Assembly (NCBI RefSeq): GCF_009914755.1
Contig: NC_060931.1
Reading direction: 5' to 3' (one strand)
From: the human T2T-CHM13v2.0 reference genome, Homo sapiens
DNA: 64,000 nt
The position numbers and the translations under genes were made by a program. This document shows, in pieces, positions 28,087-47,955 of this stretch (within the stretch, counting starts at the first letter, position 1; each line of letters starts with the position of its first letter). The notes below the pieces were generated by a model. It was not told the origin of the DNA. It did no database searches and saw only the letters and a list, made by a program, of their open reading frames with translations.

Positions 28087-28479
28087 TGTTAAAAGAAAAA
28101 CTTTAGACAAATTAAGTTATACAGAGTTTATCTGAGCAAAGGATTCATGAATCAGGCAACGTTCAGAACCAGAAAAGGTTCAGAGAGCTCTGCCCAGCAG
28201 TGGATGTAGGCAGCTTTTATAGGCCAAACAAAAGCAAAGTAGAGAATTCATCTGATTGGCTACAGCTAAGCAAATACCTTATTTAGCATGGTGTGATTAG
28301 TTTGCTGCCTAGGATTAGCTGAATCTCAGCTGTTTGTAACTAGCTGAAACCTGGCTGTTTGTTACAAAAAATCTCCTGAATTAGGCTTTGGTTTGTTTAC
28401 TAAGTTAGGTAGCAGTTTGTTACTAGGAACTCAGAGTAGGGGGACAGCCTTAGGCTAATGGCCTCCTGTTTGTTTAACA
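28087..28479 (-). mobile_element. Solo ERV1 LTR (MER93/MER57-group-like)
   Basis: TGTTAAA...TTTAACA termini, 393 bp, minus-strand CCAAT and TATA-like boxes; family from memory. Confidence 0.7.
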
Positions 28480-28652
28480 ACAGTGTGTTGTTTGATTTAA
28501 TGAATTTCTTAGTCTTAAATTAAGCCATTGAATAATTTGGTCATATTGTCACCTACTCATGGAAATGGATCCCTCTCATAATTGAAGATCTTAAATTTAT
28601 TTCTCTTTACTATGCTGTTTATAAAATATAATTTCGTTTATTTATCGATCAC

Positions 28653-28892
28653 TTAGACCTGGCAAGATTAGTTAGACCCGGCAAGCTATGCTGGATTTTA
28701 TATCTTTTCCTATATTTCAAACATGATATACATGTTTGAAATATATGCTTTTATAGTAAGCCTAACATGCTTTAACAATTTAACATGATACCATGTAAAA
28801 GCCTGTAATACTTTAACTTTAAAAGCCTGTCATGCTTTAACAATGTAACATGATATATTAAATATTTAAAGCATGACAGGCTTACTGTAAAA
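28653..28892. repeat. Cluster of short direct and inverted repeats
   Basis: Perfect 15-bp inverted repeat 28711-28725/28731-28745; perfect 18-bp inverted repeat 28823-28840/28866-28883; three direct AAGCCT..AT(G/A)CTTTAAC units. Confidence 0.9.
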
Positions 28893-29265
28893 ACCGAACA
28901 ATAAATAAGTGTATAAAACATGTTCCTTTAACACACACATAGAATAATTATTTACTTATTTGTTTCCAGTAAGTTCTGTTTTAATATCTTTATATATATG
29001 TAAAGTCTAGGTCACATGAGTTTGTTAAATAATCCTGGTAGGTTATCTGTTACATAATCTTCATAATCTTATTAGATTATTGCCTAACTCACCCATTCTT
29101 ATCCCAAAAGATCAGATTCGTTGTCATCATATTTATATTTTCTACTTAAGCTTTTTTAGTCTTTTCAAATTATCATTTCCCAATTTGGCCATAATTCACA
29201 TTGCAAAATTATTGAGAATCATGAGCTCTTACATGCTTTCATGATCTACTATTTAGGCTTTTAAT

Positions 29266-29570
29266 TTTTTTTTTTTTTTAATGGAGTCTCACTCTGTCGC
29301 CAGGCTAGAGTGCAGTGGCACGATCTCGGCTCACCACAACCTTTGCCTCCCGGGTTGAAGTGATTCTCCTGCCTCAGCCTCCCGAGTAGCTGGGACTGCA
29401 GGCGCCTGCCACCATACCCAGCTAATTTTTTTTGTATTTTTTAGTAGAGATAGAGTTTCACCATGTTGGCCAGGATGGCCTCGATCTCTTGACCTCATGA
29501 CCCACCCAAAGTGGGTCTTTGGCCTCCCAAAGTGCTGGGATTACAGGCATGAGCCACCGCGCACGGCTGG
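29266..29570 (-). mobile_element. AluSc-like SINE
   Basis: Poly(T) then antisense dimer with GATCTCTTGACCTC; TSD GGCTTTTAATTTT. Confidence 0.92.
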
Positions 29571-30235
29571 CTTTTAATTTTTTATAATGACTTTCACTTC
29601 ATATGTATTCACAGTTCTCTTTCCCATTCATGTCTTTCAAATATTTTTGGAGTAGGAGACCCTAACTGCAGAAATCTTTTACAACTTGTAAACTGGGCAT
29701 TGACATAACTCATATATGCCCTTCCCTGTTAGGCTTTCCTTGCATCCTTCTGTTGATTTTAATAAATTAAGAGAATATAGATATTCTCCTGTAGCAAATG
29801 ATTATTTTGTTCCTTAGACATATTTCTGTGAAAACAAAGAACAAAAAGTACATATCTGTCTCGATGTACATTCATGTGCTTCTGTATATACAACATACAT
29901 ATATTTGTTTTTGGATAATGCTCATCTCCTTCTATGTATCACACTGTCTGTTGCCCAATGACTACTGGATAAATTATTATTAACCTTAACACAATACTGG
30001 GCAAATGCATAGATTAATCATTTATTACTTCTGATTATTGATATAAAATATAAGATTGTAGAAAATTAACAAATTCAGGATTATTTCTGAATTTCCTTTT
30101 GATTTGCCTTTACTTGATATCCAATCTCATGTATAGATGTTTATATTTAAGGTTTAAAAATGTTCAAATAGTTAGATGTTGAATTTAGTAGATTTTCCCA
30201 AATGCCCATGACATAATTCCTACAAGTTTAATTTA

Positions 30236-30640
<405 letters not shown>

Positions 30641-31622
30641 TTATTTTGATTAAACTACTTGTATGTAAAAAATTATCTTCTGAGAAAGTAATAGCTGTTA
30701 ATTGGATTAATGTATCTGCTGAGTTACTTGCAATCTTACTGTGTGATGTTAATGAGTCTAGGATTCTAAGATAGGGCTTAGTTATGGCCTTATAAAGACA
30801 GAACTCTTATAGATCAGTTACCGTTACCGCATGACTACAAAATGTTTGTCAGATGGAGCTGTCAGTCACATTGGAAATCAGGTAAAAATGAGGAAACCAA
30901 ACCCATTCTTAGCCATTACTGAAACAACTGAATTTGTTTCCTCCTAGATAGTGGATTTGTAGTCATTTTCATGCAAAGAAGATATTGTAAGGTACAGTTC
31001 TTAATATTTTATTAATGAGGTACTTAATTTTGGGTTGTAATGTTTATTATTGCTTCAGAACATCATCTACCAAATTCTATTTCCATATTCATTGGCATTT
31101 GGTTAAGCAAAGTTATAAACTCAGTAATTGTTCACTAACTGTGACAAATTAAAGGGGAGAAAGGCTCTAACACCACTTTGGATTCAGAAAGTGATATTCT
31201 AAAAAGAACCTCAGTAGGTCACGCAGAAAGCTCATTTCATGTTACTATTGTCAGAAGCTGCTTTTACAGAGTTTTTTCCCTGCAGTGGGTTGTAGTGTTG
31301 GAGATTATTGTAAATGTGTACTGTCAGATTTTTTCAGTCCTTACAATATTCAGATGAATTCTATGTCTTTTTGCTTATGGATATTTTATACTGTTTGTAA
31401 CTATTTCTATATATAATTTTTTTAAATTTAGAAATACTAACAAGTTTTCTTATGATGAAAAATCAGTGTCAGAAACTCATCTTGAGCTATCATTCAACTT
31501 AAAAAGTAAGCCTCCTACCTATTGGGCACAAAAAAAATAATTTGGAAAGGAAATGTATTTATAACTACTTTTTAAATTCCTATGTTCTTGCTTTCCTTTC
31601 TAGCTAAAAGAGGTAAGATTTT

Positions 31623-31923
<301 letters not shown>

Positions 31924-32013
31924 TTAATGAAAATCAAGTGAGATTTTCTGTGATACGATTAAATATAGTTTACATGATCTGTCTCATTAAACAAGGATAT
32001 TCTTGGAGAATGA

Positions 32014-32367
<354 letters not shown>

Positions 32368-32384
32368 CTATACTAGGGAGTAGA

Positions 32385-32590
32385 TAGCATAGTATTTAAG
32401 GAGAGAGAATTAGAGCCAGACTAACAGGTTTAAATCTAATCTCTTTGTGACCCAGTTTATTCTGCCATAAAGTGCAGATAGTAATAATTCTAGCTTCTTA
32501 TGGTAGTTGTGAGGATGAAATAAGTTCATATATATAATATATGTAGACAAGTGCCCAACATATAGTAAGTGCTATATAAATGTTAGATAT
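32385..32590 (+). mobile_element. MIR SINE
   Basis: TAGCATAGTATTTAAG...TAGAGCCAGAC...GTTGTGAGGATGAAATAAG...AGTGCCCAACATATAGTAAGTGCT. Confidence 0.75.
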
Positions 32591-33988
32591 CATTTTTATT
32601 GCACATTACATAGCTCATATAAATGTTATTTGTTGTAATCATCATAAGTTTCCTGCAATAGTAGAATTTTCTGGTAGTTAAAAATTATTTTAAATAAGGA
32701 CTTTAATACTATAAGCATTTAAAAGTCATCAAATTATAAAGTGAGAACACTGTATTATAAGCTGGTAAAGTGATTCTGTCACCTCATTCTTCATTTCTTA
32801 GAGGGAAAAACAAATATTTACCTGTTGTATATTCATTATGAATATATGTTGTCCATTCGTTATGAAATCCTATAAAATCTTAATAAAATTGATGGAGAAT
32901 ATGTACAAAAGCAATTAAAAATAACTTGTTTTGGTAAAACCTATTGGGCTTTGCCTTTTTTTTAAACAGTCAATCTAGTTTGTTATTCAGTTACTAAAGT
33001 AAATTCTTTCCCCCCCTTCCTCCCCATTTTGAATGGAGTCGTGAATTAACATAAAATGGAGACTACATATAAGCATTCAAATCACATTTAATATACATAT
33101 TTCTGAAAACCTGTAACTAAGTCTACTTTTGTGTATGTGACTAGAGATAACTGTGAAATAGATAATTTAAATTACATGTGCATTCCTATAAAAATTATTG
33201 TAAAATATATTTCTAGGAAATTAGATGGTGTTTGGCTACCTTAGGAAATAGATATTGAGGCTGAAAAACATATTCTTTCCCTAGACCACTTATATATGGA
33301 AATAATAATTTTGTCCTGTTATGTAAAATGTAACACCAAAGCTGCAATTATCTTTTGAGTTGGGATTATCCTGAAGAACCAAATATGAGGAAAGGTTAAT
33401 AATAAGCTTTCATTAACTTTCCATTTGTAACTGAATTTATCATCTAATATAATTAACTTTTTATTAGCTTAATAGAAAATGGGCCTCAAAATAGCAACTA
33501 GATGAGAGTTTAATCGTCTTGATGTATATTAATACAAACAGGTATTTTATTACCCAGCAGTTTTTAAACTTCTTAATTACAGGAATTTGTAATAATAATT
33601 TGTTTTTGTTGCTATATAATCTGTAATAATGTCAAGGCCATCTGTAATAATGTCCAGGCACTGAAGAATTCTGAAGTGCTTAAAAGACACTAGGTCATTA
33701 TTGTTATGCCAATTTTATATCTTCATTAAGAGTAATCTGAAGATTTTTTGTTCTTTGAAAATTGGTAATAACCAGAAGTTCCCATTTCTTAACCATCTAT
33801 GTAATCAAAAATTGGTATGAAGATTATGTCTGACAAACTCTTTTTTTTTCCTGTTTTCCAATGGATTAAACAGATATGCCTTGAAAGATGATAGAAAGTA
33901 TAATGGAGATCATACTGAAGCCAAGAATATGAAGCAAAATTTAGGAGAAATGCTGGGGAGAATTTTAACCAGAAATTTAACATATTGA

Positions 33989-34252
<264 letters not shown>

Positions 34253-34419
34253 TGATTGCCAGAGAATAATAGTGACATCTCTGTTAATCATGCTAGAAAT
34301 TAAGCAGCCATTATGATTAAAAATGGTCTGCCTTTGTGTCTTTCTCGTGTGTGTGTGTGGGGGGCTAACCTTCTCAAAACACTTGTCTTTGTTACCTTCA
34401 TTTACTCACTTCCTGTACT

Positions 34420-35805
34420 TTTTTTTACCCCTGCCAATCTAGCTTTTGTGTCACTTCAATAAAAGGACTCATCAAGGTAATCAGCTATTAACATATTGCA
34501 GAGAACTGCTAATGTCAGTTCTATCTTATTCCATTAAACTTCTCAGCAGCTTTTGACACAACTGACCACTTCCTCATTCTTGAATCACTCATGGTACCTG
34601 GTTTATTGAGTATTTTAAAAATCTTCAGGAACAAACATAAAAGTGTTTTATTTTTTCCTATTACTGCTTTCAGATGTGCAATATCAGCCTCTCTTCCCAT
34701 TGGGTTGCATCTTCCCAACATCATTTGGTCCAATTCCCTAACTTTTCAGGCTAGTTTGAATTATATGGTCCCATTTCAGTTTCTAAGACTCAACCTATTG
34801 GTTTTAAAACCAGTCATCTATTTGGTTCAAAGCTCTTTTCTTTCTCTCCTTCAGCATAGGTTAAAGCTGTTACTCCAGCACTTTGGATGGCATGAGTTCA
34901 CTGGTATGATCTGGTTCTCAATCTTTTATCTTTCTTTCTTTCCTCCCAGTTTACAACTTCAGGTATATATGAGAGCTAGGGGAAGAAAGATAATCCCCTA
35001 CCTCAGGGGAACCTGCATTCCCTTAAGCCTCCAATTTTTACCCTGCCTTCTCTCTTGCAGTAAATATTGGCACTATAGCCATTATCCTAGATTCTATTCT
35101 TTCTCCTTACAATTACAGTCAATTTATAAACAAGTCCTGTCAGCTCCCATATAAAACATGCTATATACATTTACTCATAATCTTCTCTATTACTGCAACC
35201 TTAGTCTCTGCCACTTGGAGCAAGCTGCTTGCCCCCTCACAGTCCATTCTCCATGTAGCAATCAGTGACCTTTAAAAACTTAGATCAGAAAATATTATAA
35301 GCCTGCTTCAGACTCTCCAATGGCTTTCAATGGCAATTAGAATAAAATCCAAACTGCTTTTCCTAGCCTCCTACTTGACCTTGTTCTTGCCAGCATCTGC
35401 CTCATTTCATACCATTCTTTTCCTTGTTCTGTGTACCATAGCAAACTGACCTAGCTATTTCTTCAGGCTGGTTCCTGCCTTGACTGTCTTTGCACTTGCT
35501 TTTTCCACTGCCCCAGAGCTTCTTTCTTAAGGCCTTTGCGTGGTAGATTCTTTTCAAATGTCATCTTTCTAAAGAAGCTTTCACTGACTGCCATACTGTA
35601 AATAGCCACCCCCATCCCCATCTCTGTTCCCAGCCCATGCCAGGCATGCTCTATCATACTGCCATGCATTTTATTATGATTCTTGTCTGTAAACCCCCTC
35701 TGAACTGTAAGGTTCATGAGGGTAAAAATCTTATCCATCATTTTCACCAGTGTATGAACTAGAGTCTTGACACAAAATAGGCAACTTATTAAACATTTAT
35801 TGATC
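34420..35805 (+). mobile_element. Fragmented L2 (L2a-like) LINE
   Basis: CTCAGCAGCTTTTGACACAACTGACCACTTCCTC (RT region), CTCCAATGGCTTTC...AGAATAAAATCCAAACT and 3' terminus GAACTGTAAGGTTCATGAGGG...AAACATTTATTGA. Confidence 0.7.
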
Positions 35806-36894
35806 AAGTAACCATATAATGACATAGGATGTGAGGAATAAAGTAGAAATTCATTTAACTAGCAGGCTTAGGCAGTGTAAATATTGTGTCGAACTGAATT
35901 TTCTGCTTTCTTTAAGTTGGTTGTTGAAATGTTCTCAAAGGGCCTTAATCTTAATATTTTAATATTTTAGTACTTTTTTTATAAATCCAATAGTAACTTG
36001 GATTCACTGTCATAATCCATAATGAGTATATTTTAAAAGCTAATTCATACTATGAATGAATTTATTTATGATGATTCTTCATCTAAAAGACATTTAGGAT
36101 TTTATTCTAATTTTTAATTATAGGTATTTTGATATCAACAGGACAAGAGTAATAATGAGCATTTTGACACTATAAAAACAACTGTATTGTCTTCAATAAT
36201 TCAAGGTTTAATAGCAGATTAAAAGTTACTTACAGAGTTTCCATACCCAATTATTTAATAAAATGAGTAAAAATTAACCAAAAATCTACCAACTGCCACC
36301 CAACAAGAAAGGAGGCTGCATGATATAATAGACTACAAAAAACTGGTGATCAGGAAGGAAACATGTTCTCATGATGAGTTAGTAAGACTCCTAGAATTCT
36401 CAAATCTGATTTTAAAAAACTGAGGAATTTTGGACAGTTGAGACAATGGAGTGATGCAGGTTTGAATCAGCATATCCTATACAAATATAATAAGAGAACA
36501 AATAAAACCACACAAAACCCAAGCTTTCAGCATAAACAGCAGACATTAAATAAACTTCAAATTGCCTGGGAGTAGAAAAATAAATACCAAATACAAGCAG
36601 GCTCTCATGCTCCTGTAACAAGCTGTGAGCACAGGGGTGGAGGAAAAATTAAACTGTGCAAAAGAAGGAATTGGGATGTTTGTGGCAGGCTTAGATTGAT
36701 CAAAAATCACCTCTAGAAAGATAAAGTCAACCCTAAGTGTGAACATATGAAAACAGCATTCTGGTAAAGTACATGTGGGATGCAGAGAAGCAGTGTTAAG
36801 AAGGTAAATTTAAAGCCAGAAAAGCCATACAGTAAAAACAAACAAACAAACAACAACAACAACAGCATACTTTGGCACACTGATAGGAGGTACT

Positions 36895-41199
<4,305 letters not shown>

Positions 41200-41334
41200 G
41201 GTACTCTTTTTAAAATTTCATAAACCATCCAAGTCACATAGCCCTTTCCATAGAAATCCTGAGGAGCAAACACACTGTCTATGCAAAACTATTTTTTTTC
41301 TTTCTTTAAAATTGAGTATCTTTATTTTTTATTT

Positions 41335-41707
41335 TTATTTTTTTTAATTTTTTTATTTCCATAAGTTATTGGGAAATAGGGGATGTTTGGTTACATGAGT
41401 AAGTTCTTTAGTGGTGATTTATGAGATTTTGGTGCACCCATCACCTGAGCAGTATACACTGCACCCAACTGTAGTCTTTTATCCCACATCCCCTTCCCAC
41501 CCCTTTCCTCTCAGTCCCCAAACTCCTTTGTCTCTTTCTTATGCTTTTGCATCCTCATAGCTCAGCTGCCACTTATGAGTAAGAAAATACGATGTTTGGT
41601 TTTCCATTCCTGAGTTACTTCAGTTAGAATAATAGTCTCTAATCTCATCCAGGTTGCTGTAAATGCCATTAATTCATTCCTTTTTATGAATGAGTAGTAT
41701 TCCATTT

Positions 41708-41759
<52 letters not shown>

Positions 41760-41830
41760 CACACTCACCTACATACATACATACATACCAGTTTCTGTAT
41801 CCACTTGTTGATTGATGGGCATTTGGGTTC
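41335..41830 (-). mobile_element. L1PB1-like 3' end containing a (TA)n(CA)n microsatellite at ~41709-41788
   Basis: GGTTACATGAGTAAGTTCTTTAGTGGTGATT...GGTGCACCCATCACCTGAGCAGTATACACTG is the antisense L1PB 3' UTR. Confidence 0.85.
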
Positions 41831-42162
41831 GTTATACCTTGCAAAACTAATTTTAAAAAATCACATAAATTGAGAAAAATAATTAAGCCAATGAACTTCA
41901 CCACCCAGGAAAACAATAGTGAAGCAGGAAAAAAGATGTTATAAAGCCATATAATTTCTGTATCCTATTAAAGTAACTTTTAAAATTGATACATAATGGA
42001 TATACATATTTTGGGGGTACATGTGATAATTTGATACTTTCATAAAATAAAATCATATAATTTTATTAAATATCCTCCAACAAGCAATTAGTCATAAGAC
42101 AGAAACATTTCAAATTGGAAATCAAAACCTAAGAACATCAATGTCTAATAAAGAAGAAGAAA

Positions 42163-44402
<2,240 letters not shown>

Positions 44403-45078
44403 AGGTATCTAAAGAAGAATGGATTTGAAAGAAAACTTAATCTAAAACACTGAAGAAAAATGGGAAAACAACCAAGAGAATGAAAATGAGATAAAGAAAG
44501 AAGTAAAATGAGTTAGGAAGTGGTTGAATTAGAAAGGCAAGAATATCAAATTTACATGTTTATAGAGTCACTGGAGAAGATAAAATAGTGGAACAGAACT
44601 AATACCAAAATCTATCATTCAAGAACAACGTTTGGAAGTAAATGAAGACATAATATACAAATTGAAAGATCTAACCAAGTACTAAAGAAAATTTGCCTGA
44701 AGTAATCACCTACAAGACAAATTCTACTAAAATTATTACATAGTAACAATAATGAAAACATACTGGTGACTTCCAGGCAAAAAGATGAAACAAACTAGAA
44801 AGGGAGAAAAGAATGAAGTTGGCATTAGATTTGTCTAGTTGTATAAAGGTAACAACTAGAACTAAAATACAAACCTTCCTAAATAATTTTTTTAAAGCAA
44901 ATATGTCATCTAGAAAGAGAAGCATAGCAAATTTAACAAAGCAAAATAATTTGTCACAGCAGAGAGCCTATCAAAAGAAATTAATGAAATGGCAAACAAC
45001 ATATACCAAGGAGAGAAACAGTAAATATAACTATATACATAAAATTACAACAAAATTATGATTTATTCTGAATGGCTA

Positions 45079-45458
<380 letters not shown>

Positions 45459-45807
45459 TTATATCAGATGGGTAGATTTTAAACCAAAATGCATTAAGCA
45501 TTACAAGGAAAGATATGTTTTAATGCTAAAAAAAATTAAGATATAACAGGATTATACAACAAATAATGATATCCCCCTTTATATAAGGAAACAGAAATCC
45601 AGTGACAGTTGAAGACATACTATTCTCAGTATAAGACAAATCAAATAGACAAAAAAGAATATAATACACCTAAACAACATAATTACTAGGGTATATCTTA
45701 TGCTCTATGGAACTTTATAACCTGAAAATAGATAATATAACTTCTTCTTAAGTACAGATAGAACAGTCTCAAAAATGTTCAGAAGTTAGCTCATAAAGAA
45801 AACATAA

Positions 45808-45920
45808 GCTGGGTGCAGTGGTGCATGCCTGTAATCCCCCAGATACCTGGGTGGATTGTTTGAGCCCAGGAGTTCCTGACCATTCTGGGCAACACAGACC
45901 CTATCTCAAGAGAAAAAAGA
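45808..45920 (+). mobile_element. Alu monomer (FLAM/FAM-like)
   Basis: GCTGGGTGCAGTGGTGCATGCCTGTAATCCC...GAGCCCAGGAGTTC...CTGGGCAACA. Confidence 0.75.
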
Positions 45921-46137
45921 AAGCAATAAATGTATAAAGTAAAATATTACAAACAGTATTCTCTAATCACAGTGCAAAAGAACCCTAGAAATTATTGATA
46001 ACTTTTTTTTGTTGTTCAAAAGGGCCCCTCCACCTGGGTATAAACCCATCAAACAACTTGTGGGTAACAGGGAAATATAAGCTGAAATTAAATTTTCTTT
46101 TTTAAAATTATTATGTTCAGTAATTATTATACTGTCT

Positions 46138-47733
46138 TTTTTAAATATCAACTTTTATTTTAGATTCAAAGGGGTGTATTTGCAGGTTTGTTACATGGGT
46201 ATATTGTGTGATGCTGAGGTTTAGGGTACAATTGATCCCATCACCCAAGTAGTTAGCATAGTACCCAACAGGTAGTTTTTCCACCCTTGCCCCCCACCAC
46301 ACCTCCCCTTCTAGTTGACCCCACTGTCTACCACTGCCATCTTTATATCCATGAGTATTCAGTGTTTAGCTCTCACTTATAAGAGATTATATGTGGTATT
46401 TGGTTTTCTATTCCTATGTTAATTCACTTAAGATAATGGCCTCTAGTTTCATCCATGTTGCTGCAAAGGACATGATGTCATTCCTTTTTTATGGCTGCAT
46501 AGTAGTCCATGGTGTAGATGTACCACATTTTCTTTATCCAGTCCACTGCTGATGGGCTCCTAGGTTGATTCCATGTCTTTGCCATTGTGAATAGTGCTAT
46601 GATGAACATATGAGTGCATATGTCTTTTTGGCAGAATGATTTATTTTCTTCTGGATATATACCCAGTAATGGGATTGCTGGGTCGAATGGTAATTCTGTT
46701 TTAAGTTCTTTGAGAAATCTTCAAATTGCTTTCCACAATGGCTGAACTAATTTGCCAGTAAATAAAAAGGGATTAACAAATGTGTAACAGGCAAATAGAA
46801 ACACAAAGAAAGCAGCGTAGCAACCCTTATATCATGTCATTTGGTTTAAAATATCAGATTGTAAACCAAAATGCATTCCCTATTCTCAGTCACTTTGCCA
46901 ACATCTGTTCTTTTTTGACTTTTAAAATAATAGCCATTGTGACTGGTGTGAGATGGTATCTCATTGTGGTTTTGATTTGCGTTTCTCTGATGATTACTGA
47001 TGATGAGCATATATTCATGATTGTTGACCACTTCTGTGTCTTCTTTTGAGAAGTGTCTTCGTGTCTTTTGCTCACCTCTTAATGGGGTTATTTTTTGCTT
47101 GTTTAATGTTTAAGTTCCTTATAGATTCTGGATATCAGACATTTGTTGGATGCAGAGTTTACAAATATTTTCTCCCATTCTGGAGGTTGTCTGTTTACCC
47201 TGTTGATAGTTTCTTTTGCTGTGCAGAAGCTCTTTAGTTTAATTAGGTCCCTCTTGTCAATTTTTGGTTTTGTTGCAATTGCTTTTAAGGACTTACGTCA
47301 TAAATTCTTTTCCTTATGTTTTATTTTTCTGCATATGGCTAGACAGCTATCCCAGCACCATTTATTGAATAGAGAGTCTTTTTCCCATTGCTTACTTTTG
47401 TCAACTTTGTCAAACATCAGATGGCTATACATGTGCAGCTTTATTTCTGGGTTCTCTATTCTGTTCCATTGGTCTTTGTGTCTGTATAACAGCACCTTTC
47501 TATTTTGGTTACAGCTTGAAGTTAGTTGATGTGATGCTTCTAGCTTTGTTCTTTTTTATTAAGATTGCTTTGGTATTTGTGCTTTTTGGTTCCATATGAA
47601 CTGTAGGATTTTTTTTCTAATTCTGTGAAAAATGATGTTGGTACTTTAATGGGGATAGCAGTCAATCATGCAATTTGTTCTGTAGGTTTCTTTGGGCAGT
47701 ATGGTCATTTTCACAGTATTGATTCTTCCAATT
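46138..47733 (-). mobile_element. L1PA15/16-like 3' portion, ending ~75 nt before the last RUNDC3B acceptor
   Basis: Antisense 3' UTR (TTACATGGGTATATTGTGTGATGCTGAGGTT) and ORF2 C-terminal ORFs (47298-47495 [11 protein letters not shown]...[10 protein letters not shown]). Confidence 0.88.
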
Positions 47734-47802
47734 TCTAATGGTTTTAGGATCTTATTTGTATCATTCTTGAAGGGCAATTAATTATTTGCTATTTAATTCT
47801 AA

Positions 47803-47955
<153 letters not shown>

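Noticed and set aside
28749-28892. Repeat-spacer pattern as a CRISPR-like array
   Set aside because: Only three unequal units with irregular spacing in primate DNA and no cas genes; kept instead as a rearrangement or MITE candidate.
34591-35154. 187-aa ORF as a novel membrane protein
   Set aside because: Lies amid L2 remnants in a T-rich intron; no recognisable family or splice support.
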